DNA of 32,000 bases from Candidatus Saccharimonadota bacterium (lineage in GTDB: Bacteria; Pseudomonadota; Gammaproteobacteria; Enterobacterales; Enterobacteriaceae), in assembly GCF_017656055.1 (NCBI RefSeq), contig NZ_CP069383.1, positions 60,001 to 92,000 of the forward strand, given 5' to 3'. A program made the translations under genes and the position numbers. The number at the start of each line of letters is the position of its first letter. Within the stretch, counting starts at the first letter, position 1. The notes beneath the pieces were generated by a model that had not been told where the DNA came from, ran no database searches, and saw only the letters and a program-made list of their open reading frames with translations. Shown here in pieces: positions 17,774 through 28,036 of the stretch.

Positions 17774-17860
17774 AGTGAGATGTCTGAGAGGATTAAAGAG
17801 CGTGTTTGGAAAATACGTGTATATTTTTTTATACCGAGGGTTCGAATCCCTCTCTCACTG
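17774..17860 (+). tRNA. tRNA-Ser (anticodon GGA), class II with long variable arm
   Basis: 87 nt. Acceptor is AGTGAGA/TCTCACT, anticodon arm is CGTGT-TTGGAAA-ATACG, variable arm is TGTATATTTTTTTATAC and T arm is GAGGG-TTCGAAT-CCCTC. Confidence 0.88.
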
Positions 17861-17895
17861 ATTATAAAAAAAAATAATTTTTAAATTATAAAAAT

Positions 17896-19413
17896 ATGGA
17901 TTTACTAAAAAAATTAATGTTTATAAGTTCTGTTACAGTAATAGTTAAAATATTTGGATTTGTAAAAGATATAATATTAGCTAATTGTTTTGGAGCTAAC
18001 AATTTAACTGATTGTTTTTTTAATTCTTTTAAAATAATAAATTTATTTAGAAAAGTATTAGCAGAAGGAATATTTTATCAATTATTAGTTCCAACATTAA
18101 TAGAACATAAAAAAAATAATTCTATAAATAATACTAATATATTTATAAAAAAAATAGTAGGTTTCCTTATATTATTAACTTTATTTATTATAATAACATG
18201 TTTTATTTTATCAAAACATATAGTATCATTTATGAATCCTGGTTACAGAAGTATTTATAAAATTAATAAAACAATAGAATTATTTATAATTTTATTACCT
18301 TATATATTTATATCATCTTTTGTATCATTAACAACATCAATTTTTAATGTTTATAATTCTTTTATAATTTCTTCATTAACACCAATTATAATAAATATAT
18401 TATCTATATTATTTGTGTTAACTGAATTTTTTAATAAAAGTATAATTATATTACCATTGTCATTATTAATAGGAGGTATAATACAATTAATAATTCATAT
18501 TATATATATAAAAAAAAAAATTAATATTAATTTATATCCAATTATAGATTTAAAAGATAATAATATAGTTAAATTTTATAAGTCAACTAAATCAGTAATA
18601 TTTCATTCTTTTATTAATCAATCATCTATAATATTAAATACAATTTTATCTTCTTTCTTAGGTTCTGGATCTGTATCTTGGATATATTATTCAGATAAAA
18701 TAATGGAATTTAATTCAGGAATATTAGGAGTTTCTTTAAGTACTATGATATTACCTATATTATCAAAAAATTATAATAATATAAAAGAATATTCTAATGT
18801 ATTAGATTGGGGTATAAAATTAGGAATAATATTTTCAGTTCCTTTATTAATATTAATACTTATATTATCTAAACATATAATTATGTCTTTATTTTATTAT
18901 GGTAATTTTAGTTATTTTGATGTTGAAATGACAAAAAATTCATTAATTTCTTATTCAATAGGATTAATTTCTATAGTTTTATCTAAAATATTAATTTCTG
19001 CTTTTAATGCTAGAAAAGATAGTATTACTCCTTTAAAACTATCTATAGTAACTATAGCTATATCACAATTAATTAATTTATTATTAATTTCATTTAAACA
19101 TATTGGTTTATCACTTTCTATAAGTATAAATTCTATATTATATTTTTTATTTTTAATAATTTACTTGGTTAAAAAAAAAATATATATAACTAATTATAAT
19201 TGGTTAGATTTAGCTAAAAAGATACTTATATCATCATTTTGTATGATAGTTATATTATTATTTTTAATAAAATATATATATATATATTATTATGATAATT
19301 GTTTTATACGTATATTTAAATTATTATTTTTAATAATTTCAGGTTTATCCACATATCTTATTAGTTTATATTTAAATGATATTAAACCTAATGATTTTAT
19401 ATTTTATCAATAA
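17896..19413 (+). CDS. murJ: Lipid II flippase MurJ (MviN)
   Basis: 505 aa polytopic membrane protein. The N-terminus MDLLKKLMFISSVTVIVKIFGFVKDIILANCFGANNLTDCFFNSFKIINLFRKVLAEGIF aligns with E. coli MurJ [60 protein letters not shown]. Confidence 0.9.
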   Translation: MDLLKKLMFISSVTVIVKIFGFVKDIILANCFGANNLTDCFFNSFKIINLFRKVLAEGIFYQLLVPTLIEHKKNNSINNTNIFIKKIVGFLILLTLFIIITCFILSKHIVSFMNPGYRSIYKINKTIELFIILLPYIFISSFVSLTTSIFNVYNSFIISSLTPIIINILSILFVLTEFFNKSIIILPLSLLIGGIIQLIIHIIYIKKKININLYPIIDLKDNNIVKFYKSTKSVIFHSFINQSSIILNTILSSFLGSGSVSWIYYSDKIMEFNSGILGVSLSTMILPILSKNYNNIKEYSNVLDWGIKLGIIFSVPLLILILILSKHIIMSLFYYGNFSYFDVEMTKNSLISYSIGLISIVLSKILISAFNARKDSITPLKLSIVTIAISQLINLLLISFKHIGLSLSISINSILYFLFLIIYLVKKKIYITNYNWLDLAKKILISSFCMIVILLFLIKYIYIYYYDNCFIRIFKLLFLIISGLSTYLISLYLNDIKPNDFIFYQ

Positions 19414-21154
19414 ATTTTATTCCTAATATTTTTGATGAAGTAATATATATTTTTATAATCATTTTAATAATTTTAATATTATTAAAAGATTCTTTTTCAT
19501 TTTCTAATATATTATATTTTTCATACATTTTTGAAAATATAGAAGATATTTTATATAAATATTCACATATAATATTAGGACTAGATTTAATATAAGATTT
19601 AATTATTAAATTTTCAAATTTTATTAAGTATAATGATAATTTAAATTCATATAAATTATTAATATTTATTTCTTTATTAATATTAAAATTATATTTATTT
19701 TTATTATTATTATATTTATTTAATATTGAAATCATTCTACAATATGAGTATTGTACATATAAAAAATTATTTTTATTTTTATAAAAAAAATTATTTACTT
19801 TAAATATATAATTATTATATTTATTTTTAGATAATTCATTATATTTTATATAATTAATAGATATAATTTTTGATATTATGTTTATATTTTTATAATCATT
19901 TTTAATGTTTTTTTTTTTATTTTTATTTATAAAATATTTTTTAATTTTATTATTTACTATAAAAAATAAGTTTTTTATTTTTAAAGACTTTCCTTCCTTA
20001 GTTTTAAGTGGTTTATTATTTTCATTTAAAATAGTACCAAAATTATAATGTATTATTTTCCCGTAATTTAAATATTTAGCTTTTTTTGATATTATATAAG
20101 AATTTTTAATATGATTTTTTTGTCTATTATCTATATAGTATATAATTTTATTAGCTTTTATATTATTAAATATATATTTAATATATGCTATTTCTATTAG
20201 TATATATGAATAAGTTTTATTTTTTCTTTGTAATATAATATATTTTTTATTATTATTTTTTTTATTTTTTATTATTACTGTTTTACAATTTTTTATATTT
20301 TTTGCAATTTTTTTATTATATAAATCTTTTATTATATATGGAATATATTTTGAAAATTTACTTTCTCCATTTATATCTTTATTATTTAAACATATATTAA
20401 ATAATTTATATATCTTATTATTATTATTAATTGATATTTTAGTTATAATTTTCCATATATTATTTAAAATATAATTTTTATTACTTTGTAATATAAATAA
20501 TACATATTCTGATCTTATTTTAAAGTTATTATTTATTTTATATTCTATTACGGATTTTAAATAAAAATTTTCTATTTTTGATATATTTATTCCTTCATTT
20601 AATTTTATATTTTTATTTAATATAAATGTTATTATAATACTTATATTTAATCCCCAATCACCTACATGATTTGATTTTATTACATTAAAATTAAAAAATT
20701 TTAATATTCTAAACATAAAATCACCCAATATAGTTGATCTTAAATGTCCTATATGCATCTCTTTAGCTAAATTTGGAGAAGAATAATCTAATAATATTTT
20801 ATAATTTTTATTTTTTTTAAATATTTTTTTATATATATTTATATTAAAAAAATTTGTATTATAAATTTTATTTATTAAAAAATTTATCCATTCATATTTT
20901 ATGTAAAAATTTATAAAAAAGTTTTTATATATAACTTTTTTAAAACAAAAATATTTATTTAATATTGTTATAATATTATTTATAATATAAGTTTTATTAT
21001 TTTTTAATAAAATATTATATATTCCATATACCGTATAATCTCCAAATTTATTATTATTTAACATTTTACATTTTATATCTTTATAATAATATTTTATATT
21101 ATGTATATTTAATATATATATTATTTTTTTTATTATAATTTTTTCTATGTTCAT
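19397..21154 (-). CDS. argS: Arginyl-tRNA synthetase
   Basis: 585 aa. The HIGH region SSPNLAKEMHIGHLRSTILGD matches ArgRS NPTGPLHVGHLRSTIIGD. A C-terminal DALR-type anticodon-binding region is present. Confidence 0.88.
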   Translation of the reverse strand: MNIEKIIIKKIIYILNIHNIKYYYKDIKCKMLNNNKFGDYTVYGIYNILLKNNKTYIINNIITILNKYFCFKKVIYKNFFINFYIKYEWINFLINKIYNTNFFNINIYKKIFKKNKNYKILLDYSSPNLAKEMHIGHLRSTILGDFMFRILKFFNFNVIKSNHVGDWGLNISIIITFILNKNIKLNEGINISKIENFYLKSVIEYKINNNFKIRSEYVLFILQSNKNYILNNIWKIITKISINNNNKIYKLFNICLNNKDINGESKFSKYIPYIIKDLYNKKIAKNIKNCKTVIIKNKKNNNKKYIILQRKNKTYSYILIEIAYIKYIFNNIKANKIIYYIDNRQKNHIKNSYIISKKAKYLNYGKIIHYNFGTILNENNKPLKTKEGKSLKIKNLFFIVNNKIKKYFINKNKKKNIKNDYKNINIISKIISINYIKYNELSKNKYNNYIFKVNNFFYKNKNNFLYVQYSYCRMISILNKYNNNKNKYNFNINKEININNLYEFKLSLYLIKFENLIIKSYIKSSPNIICEYLYKISSIFSKMYEKYNILENEKESFNNIKIIKMIIKIYITSSKILGIKFIDKI

Positions 21155-21220
21155 AATTTTTTTTTAAAAATATTATATATATAATAATAATATATAATTT
21201 TATTTAAAAATATATTTTAA

Positions 21221-21925
21221 ATGAATAAAATTCAAATAGCATTAGATATAGAAACTACTGGAATAAATAAAAATGGTCCTCATTATTTAAATCATAAAAT
21301 AATAGAAATTGCAGCAATTAAAATAATAAATAGAAAAATTACTAAGGATATATTTCATGTATTTATAAATCCTAATAGAAATATAGATATAGAAGCTTAT
21401 AATATTCATAAAATAAGTAATAATTTTTTAAAAAAAAAACCTATATTTTATAATATAGCTAATAATTTGATAAATTTTATAAAAGGACATGATTTAATAA
21501 TACATAATTCTAAATTTGATATAGGTTTTATAAATTATGAATTAAAATTAATTAATTATAATATTAAAATAGAAAATATATGTAATATAATAGATACACT
21601 AAGTATATCTAGAAAAATATTTCCATGTAAAAAAAATAATTTAGATGATTTATCTATAAGATTAAATATAAATAAAAAAAAAAGAAATAAACATAGTGCA
21701 TTGAATGATGTAATTATTTTAGTTAATATATATTTAAAGTTAACTAGTAAACAATTAAGAATAGACTTTAATAAAAATTTATTCTATAATAATAATATTA
21801 AATACAATAATTTATTAAATAGTAGTTTTTATAATAATAAAAAACTTAAAATTATATTTGCTAATAATAAAGAAATTAATAATAATAACATATTTTTAAA
21901 TCTTATAATAAAGAAATATAAATAA
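21221..21925 (+). CDS. dnaQ: DNA polymerase III epsilon subunit (3'-5' proofreading exonuclease)
   Basis: 234 aa. Exo I is ALDIETTG, Exo II is HNSKFDIGF and Exo III is HSALNDVIIL. tRNA-Asp follows, as E. coli dnaQ-aspV. Confidence 0.9.
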   Translation: MNKIQIALDIETTGINKNGPHYLNHKIIEIAAIKIINRKITKDIFHVFINPNRNIDIEAYNIHKISNNFLKKKPIFYNIANNLINFIKGHDLIIHNSKFDIGFINYELKLINYNIKIENICNIIDTLSISRKIFPCKKNNLDDLSIRLNINKKKRNKHSALNDVIILVNIYLKLTSKQLRIDFNKNLFYNNNIKYNNLLNSSFYNNKKLKIIFANNKEINNNNIFLNLIIKKYK

Positions 21926-21928
21926 TTT

Positions 21929-22003
21929 GGTATGATAGTTCAGCTAGGTTAGAACATCGGTTTGTCACGCCGAGGGTCACGGGTTCGAATCCCGTTCATA
22001 CCG
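21929..22003 (+). tRNA. tRNA-Asp (anticodon GUC)
   Basis: 75 nt. Acceptor is GGTATGA/TCATACC, anticodon arm is TCGGT-TTGTCAC-GCCGA and T arm is ACGGG-TTCGAAT-CCCGT. Confidence 0.9.
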
Positions 22004-22021
22004 AAAAAAATTTTATAAAAT

Positions 22022-22597
22022 ATGAATTCATATAATTTAAATAATAATATAAATACATTTTATGATATTTATATAAAATTATTAAAAAATAGAATAATCT
22101 TTTTATATGGAATTATAAATGATAGATTATCTAGTAATATAATATCTCAATTATTATTTTTAGAATCAGAGAATAATAAAAAAGATATAAGTATATATAT
22201 AAATTCACCGGGAGGAATAATAACTTCAGGATTATCTATATATGACACAATGATGATTGTTAAACCAGATATAAAAACTATATGTTTAGGACAAGCTTGT
22301 TCAATGGCTTCATTAATATTATCTGCTGGAAAAAAAGGAAAAAGATTTTGTTTACCTAATTCTAAAATAATGATACATCAACCATTAGGTGGATATTATG
22401 GTCAAGCATCAGATATAGAAATACATACAAAAGAAATATTAAAAATAAAAATAAAAATGAATGAATTATTATCTAAACATACTGGAAAAAGTATAGATGA
22501 AATAGAAAAAGATAGTGATAGAGATTATTTTTTTGATTCTGAAGAAGCTATAAAATATGGTCTAATTGATAGTATAATAGAATATAAAGATAAATAA
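22022..22597 (+). CDS. clpP: ATP-dependent Clp protease proteolytic subunit
   Basis: 191 aa. Catalytic Ser context [11 protein letters not shown], His context MIHQPLGG and Asp context DSDRDYF. Confidence 0.97.
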   Translation: MNSYNLNNNINTFYDIYIKLLKNRIIFLYGIINDRLSSNIISQLLFLESENNKKDISIYINSPGGIITSGLSIYDTMMIVKPDIKTICLGQACSMASLILSAGKKGKRFCLPNSKIMIHQPLGGYYGQASDIEIHTKEILKIKIKMNELLSKHTGKSIDEIEKDSDRDYFFDSEEAIKYGLIDSIIEYKDK

Positions 22598-22609
22598 TTT
22601 TAAAAAATT

Positions 22610-23800
22610 ATGAATATAGATGATTATGAATTTTTCATATGTTCATTTTGTAATGATAATAAAGATAATATAAATAAAATTATAATAGATAAAGATATTT
22701 ATTATATATGTAGAAAATGTCTTTTATATAGAGAAAATGATAATAAAAAAGATGAAGAAAATAATTCTGAAATTAATCCTACATATATATATAATGAATT
22801 AAATAAAGATATTATTGGTCATGATAATGTTAAAAAAATATTATCAATTTCTATATTTAATCATTATATAAAAAACAAATATAAAATTAATAATATAAAT
22901 AAAAGTAATATTTTGTTAATTGGGCCAACTGGATGTGGAAAAACATTAATAGCAAAATCTATTTCTAAATTATTAAATATTCCATTTTCTATTTCTGATG
23001 CAACTTCTTTAACAGAAGCAGGATATGTAGGTGAAGATGTTGAAAGTTTAATATATAATTTATTAAGAATATGTAATTTTGATATTAAAAAAACTGAGGA
23101 AGGTATTATTTTTATAGATGAGATAGATAAAATATCAAGAAAAAGTTATAATCCATCTATTACAAGAGATGTATCTGGTGAAGGTGTTCAACAGGCATTA
23201 TTAAAAATAATAGAAGGAACTATTGCTAATATACCTATAAGAGGAGGGAGAAAACATCCTTATCAAGAATTTATAAATATTGATACTAGTAATATACTAT
23301 TTATATGTAGTGGATCATTTAATGGTCTTGATAAAATAACAAATAAAAATAAATACAATATAGGTTTTAATTTAGATAATAAAAATGATAATTTTTTAAA
23401 TACAAATTATTTATATAATGATTTAATAAAATATGGATTTATACCAGAATTTGTTGGTAGGTTTTCTATTTTATTAAAATTAAATAATTTAAATTTAAAA
23501 GAAATGATTAAAATTTTAGTAAAACCTAGAAATTCAATAATTAATCAGTATAAAGAAATTTTTAAATTATATAATATTGAAATAGATTTTGAAAGAGATT
23601 CTTTAATAAAAATAGCTAAAAAATCTGTAAAATTAAAAATAGGAGCTAGAGGATTAAAATATATTTTAGATGATTTGTTAATTGATTTAATGTTTTATGT
23701 AAATTATGAAAAAAATAAAAAAAATAAGAGAATAAAAAAAATTGTAATTAATAAAGAATCTTTAAATAAAAAAAACAAACCTATATTTATATATGAATAA
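22610..23800 (+). CDS. clpX: ATP-dependent Clp protease ATP-binding subunit ClpX
   Basis: 396 aa. N-terminal zinc module CSFC...CRKC, Walker A GPTGCGKTLIAK, Walker [11 protein letters not shown], and GFIPEFVGRF. Confidence 0.96.
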   Translation: MNIDDYEFFICSFCNDNKDNINKIIIDKDIYYICRKCLLYRENDNKKDEENNSEINPTYIYNELNKDIIGHDNVKKILSISIFNHYIKNKYKINNINKSNILLIGPTGCGKTLIAKSISKLLNIPFSISDATSLTEAGYVGEDVESLIYNLLRICNFDIKKTEEGIIFIDEIDKISRKSYNPSITRDVSGEGVQQALLKIIEGTIANIPIRGGRKHPYQEFINIDTSNILFICSGSFNGLDKITNKNKYNIGFNLDNKNDNFLNTNYLYNDLIKYGFIPEFVGRFSILLKLNNLNLKEMIKILVKPRNSIINQYKEIFKLYNIEIDFERDSLIKIAKKSVKLKIGARGLKYILDDLLIDLMFYVNYEKNKKNKRIKKIVINKESLNKKNKPIFIYE

Positions 23801-23805
23801 AATGT

Positions 23806-24426
23806 ATGATATTTTATATTTTATTTATTTTTATAAATAATATTTTTTTAGATAATAATATATTATGGCACCCTATATATATTAGAAATAATAAGTATTT
23901 TTATTTTTATAAAATAATAAATTTTATTACAAAAAAAAATTCTTTTCTATTAGAAATATTTTTATTTAATATAATATATTTTATAGATATTATTAATAAT
24001 AATACAAAAATTTTTATAAAATATATTATAAATTTAATATATATTATTCTATTATTATATTTAAATAATATTATAAAAAATAAAAATAAAGTATTAAGAC
24101 CATTTTTATTAAAATTTTCTTTTTTTAAAAAAAATATAATTAATATTTCAAGTGATTTTAAATTTAATAAAACATATTCTTTTCCATCTAATCATTCATT
24201 AATTTGTAATATGTATATTTTAAACATTTTAAATAATATGAAATATTTAAAATATAGTACCAGTTTATATAATACATTTATATTAATATTTTTAATTAAT
24301 ATGTATAGTAGATTTTTAATGGGTATGCATCATATTAATGATATAAAATTTTATATTAATTTTAGTATTGTATTATTTTATTTATTAAATATAATATTAA
24401 ATAAATATTTATATATTCCTCTGTAG
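23806..24426 (+). CDS. PAP2-superfamily membrane lipid phosphatase (PgpB/BcrC-like; possible undecaprenyl-diphosphate phosphatase)
   Basis: 206 aa, multi-TM. All three PAP2 motifs are present in order: KNKNKVLRP (KxxxxxxRP), PSNH (PSGH) and SRFLMGMHHIND (SRxxxxxHxxxD). The stop TAG lies inside tRNA-Asn. Confidence 0.75.
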   Translation: MIFYILFIFINNIFLDNNILWHPIYIRNNKYFYFYKIINFITKKNSFLLEIFLFNIIYFIDIINNNTKIFIKYIINLIYIILLLYLNNIIKNKNKVLRPFLLKFSFFKKNIINISSDFKFNKTYSFPSNHSLICNMYILNILNNMKYLKYSTSLYNTFILIFLINMYSRFLMGMHHINDIKFYINFSIVLFYLLNIILNKYLYIPL

Positions 24427-24488
24427 TTCAATGGTAGAACAATGGACTGTTAATCCGTATGTTACTGGTTCGAATCCAGTCGGGGGAG
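24417..24488 (+). tRNA. tRNA-Asn (anticodon GUU)
   Basis: 72 nt. Acceptor is TCCTCTG/CGGGGGA (the 5' strand is identical to E. coli tRNA-Asn), anticodon arm is ATGGA-CTGTTAA-TCCGT and T arm is ACTGG-TTCGAAT-CCAGT. Confidence 0.9.
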
Positions 24489-24492
24489 ATAT

Positions 24493-24566
24493 GGTGTCTG
24501 TAGCTCAGAAGGTAGAGCTTTGGATTGTGGTTCCAAAAGTCATGGGTTCGATTCCCATCAGTCACC
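24493..24566 (+). tRNA. tRNA-His (anticodon GUG) with encoded G-1
   Basis: 74 nt. G-1 lies opposite C73. Acceptor is GTGTCTG/CAGTCAC (one T:T mismatch), anticodon arm is TTGGA-TTGTGGT-TCCAA and T arm is ATGGG-TTCGATT-CCCAT. Confidence 0.88.
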
Positions 24567-24586
24567 CAATAGTTTTAATAAAATTT

Positions 24587-24660
24587 CGGTAAGTAGCGCA
24601 GCTTGGTAGAGCAACTGGTTTGGGACTAGTAGGTCAGAGGTTCAAATCCTCTCTTACCGA
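24587..24660 (+). tRNA. tRNA-Pro (anticodon UGG)
   Basis: 74 nt. Acceptor is CGGTAAG/CTTACCG, anticodon arm is ACTGG-TTTGGGA-CTAGT and T arm is AGAGG-TTCAAAT-CCTCT. It is close to E. coli proM. Confidence 0.9.
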
Positions 24661-24671
24661 AGTAAGTATAT

Positions 24672-26096
24672 TTATTTTTTATTATAAAAATTTATTATTT
24701 TTTTTATATTTAAATATATTTTTTTTTTATTTATAATTTCTATTATTTTAAATATATTAGGACCATTACAATTATTAATTAATATATATCTTAATAATTT
24801 ACTAATATTTCTTAATTTTAAATTATTTTTTTCTAATTCATCTTTAATAAATTTTGTATTAAAATTATTTTTTTCTTTTATTACTAATTTAATAAGTTTT
24901 ATTAAAAAATAGATTTTTTTTTTATTTATTAAATTATTTATTATATTAAAATCTAATTTAAAATTAAATATAAATTTTTTTATTATATTTAAAGATTCTT
25001 TTAATGTATTAAAATTATTATTGTAAAGATTTAATATTTTTTCTATTTTTTTTCTATATATGTCATTTTTAAATAAACATAGAAATTTTCTGTTATATTT
25101 TTCAGAATATTTTTTTAGTTCATAATATAAATTATTAGTATTTTTTATAATTATTTTATTTATATTTATTATTTTTTTCATATCAATAATTTTATAATTT
25201 TTTTTTATTTTATTTAAACTAAAATTTTTTATCATATAATTTATATTAAATATATTATTATCATTTGATTCAAAATCAGATTTATATATATAATTTAATA
25301 ATGATTTATTTAAAATTCCATTATTAATAATACTAATTATATTATTATTATTATATCTTTTAGATATTTTTTTTTTATCTTCATTAAGCATTATAGGTAT
25401 ATGTGCATACATAGGAATATTTTCATTTATTGATTTTATTATACTAATTTGTTTTGGAGTATTATTTATATGATCATTTCCTCTTATTATATGAGTTATT
25501 TTCATATCACAATCATCTATTACTGAACAAAAATTATATGTTGGTATATTATTAGATCTTTGTATTATAAAATCATCTATTTCATTACTATCTATTTCTA
25601 TATCACCATATATTAAATCTTTAAATATTATTTTCTCACCATTCATATTATTTTTAAATCTAACTACAAAATTTTTATTTTTTTTTTTTAAATATTTAAT
25701 ATCTATATATTTATATCTACAATTTTTGTTATATTTATTTTTTTTATTTAATAATATATTTTTTTTTTTTATATCATTTAAATAATTTATATTACATATA
25801 CATATATAAGCTTTATTGTTATCAATTAAATATTTTATTATTTCATTATATCTATCTATTCTATCTATTTGATATACTGGTTTATTATTCCAAATTATAT
25901 TAAATATCTTTAATACATTAAAAATATTATTATTATATTTTATGTTTGATCTTTTAATATCAGTATTTTCTATTCTTAAAAAAAAATTACCATTATATTT
26001 TTTAGCAAATAACCAGGAATAAAAAGCTATTCTTAAACTTCCTAAATGTAAATTTCCGGTAGGACTAGGAGCAAATCTAGTTGATATTTTATTCAT
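24672..26096 (-). CDS. gltX: Glutamyl-tRNA synthetase
   Basis: 474 aa. [28 protein letters not shown] matches GluRS [27 protein letters not shown]. The KMSKS equivalent is KISKR. Confidence 0.93.
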   Translation of the reverse strand: [474 protein letters not shown]

Positions 26097-26156
26097 TTTA
26101 AAATTATTTTTTTATTTTATATTGACTAATAATTATAAAAAAAATATAATTATTTT

Positions 26157-26231
26157 AGGTGATTAGCTCAGATTTGGTAGAGTGTCTCTTTTACAAGGAG
26201 AAGGTCAACGGTTCAAATCCGTTATCACCTA
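26157..26231 (+). tRNA. tRNA-Val (anticodon UAC)
   Basis: 75 nt. Acceptor is AGGTGAT/ATCACCT, anticodon arm is TCTCT-TTTACAA-GGAGA and T arm is AACGG-TTCAAAT-CCGTT. Confidence 0.9.
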
Positions 26232-26233
26232 TT

Positions 26234-26307
26234 GGGTTGTTAGCTCAGATTGGTAGAGCAGTTGACTTTTAATCAATTGGTCACAGGTTCGATTCCTGTA
26301 CAACCCA
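26234..26307 (+). tRNA. tRNA-Lys (anticodon UUU)
   Basis: 74 nt. Acceptor is GGGTTGT/ACAACCC, anticodon arm is GTTGA-CTTTTAA-TCAAT and T arm is ACAGG-TTCGATT-CCTGT. It starts 2 nt after tRNA-Val. Confidence 0.92.
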
Positions 26308-28036
26308 TATTAGTATTAATATAATTTATTTTTATTCCTAAGTTTATTATATTTTTAATTTCTTCTAAATTTTCTTCTTTATTAAAAAATATTTTTATAT
26401 TATTAATTATATTATTTTTAATTTTTTTATTTTTAAATAAATTATTATTATCTTTTATATAAAATAAATCATATATATTATTAATATTTTCAGATATATA
26501 ATTAGATGTTATTATTCCAACATTTTTTATATTTAATGAATATATGAAATTTTTTATATTAATATTTTTGGAATTTTTAATACTTTTTATAATCTTTATA
26601 GATTCATTTATATTAAAATTTTCTTTTAATAAATCTTCTATTTTTATTTTAAATATATCATAATTTTTATTAATAATTTTTTTATCTATTATTTTATTTA
26701 TTAATTTTTCTCCTATATTTCTTATATTAAATGCTTTTTCAGAAATAAAATTTTTTAAATTAGATATAAATTTTGATTTACATAAATAATATTTATTATT
26801 ACATATATATTCATTATTATTTATGTATAATTTTTTTTTACAAGAATAACAAATATTATTAATTTTAAATTTTATTATATTTTTATTATTTATTACATTT
26901 GTTATTTTTGGTATCATTTCTCCTATTATATTTAAATATATTATACTATTTATATTTATTTTATTTTTTAATATATAATTTATATTATATAAATTTATTT
27001 TATTTATAATAATTCCATTTATTAATATATTATCAATATTGGCAACAGGTATAATATTACCATATTTATTAATATTTAAATTTATATTCGTTATTTTAGA
27101 TACTATATTATTTATATTAAATTTATATGCCAAAATATATTTCGGATAATAATAATTGCTTCCTAACATATTTTGTATATTTATAGAATTTATTTTTATA
27201 ACTATACCATCTATAGGATATTTTATATTATTTCTATTATTTATAATATTATGTATATATTTTTTTAAATACTTATATTTATTTATTATTTTATAATTAT
27301 TTATATTAAATTTATTTGATCTCATAAAATTTATAACATTACTATATTTATTAATATTTAATTCATTATAATAACCTATTCCATGACATATAAATTTTAA
27401 ATATTTTTTTAAAAGATCATTTTTTTTTTTTCTTATCAAAGATGAAGCTGCATTTCTTTCATTTGAAAATTTTTTATTACTTATAGTATTTATTTCTATT
27501 AAATCATTTTTATATATAAAAATTTCTCCTCTTATTTCTATTAAAGAATTTTTATAATATTTTATATATTTTGGTATACTATCTATTTTATTAATATTAT
27601 TTATTATATTTTCTCCTATGAATCCATTACCTCTAGTTAAAGCTTCTATTAATTTTCCATTTTTATATATAAGATTTACAGCTATTCCATCTATTTTTAA
27701 TTCACAACATAATTCTATTTTATTTGTTTTTATATTTTTTTTTATTTTATTAAAAAATTTAAAAATATAATTAATATTATAAGTACTTTTTATTGATAAC
27801 ATTGGTATTATATGATATTTTTTTTTATTATTATTTATACATTTATTTATATTTAATAATGGAGTATATTTTTTAAATAAATGTGGATATTTTTTTTCTA
27901 TATAATATAATTTATTAATTAATATATCATATTTTTTATTTGGTATTATAGATATATTTTTTATATAATAATAATAATTTAATTCTTTTATTTTTTTAAT
28001 TAATTTACTTATATAATTATTAGATATATTATTCAT
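26273..28036 (-). CDS. ligA: NAD-dependent DNA ligase LigA, short form without a BRCT domain
   Basis: 587 aa. Adenylation lysine motif CELKIDG, an OB-fold region, a Cys4 zinc finger (CYSCKKK...CNNKYYLC) and an HhH region. The last 11 codons plus the TGA stop are antisense to tRNA-Lys. Confidence 0.88.
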   Translation of the reverse strand: MNNISNNYISKLIKKIKELNYYYYIKNISIIPNKKYDILINKLYYIEKKYPHLFKKYTPLLNINKCINNNKKKYHIIPMLSIKSTYNINYIFKFFNKIKKNIKTNKIELCCELKIDGIAVNLIYKNGKLIEALTRGNGFIGENIINNINKIDSIPKYIKYYKNSLIEIRGEIFIYKNDLIEINTISNKKFSNERNAASSLIRKKKNDLLKKYLKFICHGIGYYNELNINKYSNVINFMRSNKFNINNYKIINKYKYLKKYIHNIINNRNNIKYPIDGIVIKINSINIQNMLGSNYYYPKYILAYKFNINNIVSKITNINLNINKYGNIIPVANIDNILINGIIINKINLYNINYILKNKININSIIYLNIIGEMIPKITNVINNKNIIKFKINNICYSCKKKLYINNNEYICNNKYYLCKSKFISNLKNFISEKAFNIRNIGEKLINKIIDKKIINKNYDIFKIKIEDLLKENFNINESIKIIKSIKNSKNINIKNFIYSLNIKNVGIITSNYISENINNIYDLFYIKDNNNLFKNKKIKNNIINNIKIFFNKEENLEEIKNIINLGIKINYINTNMGCTGIEPVTN

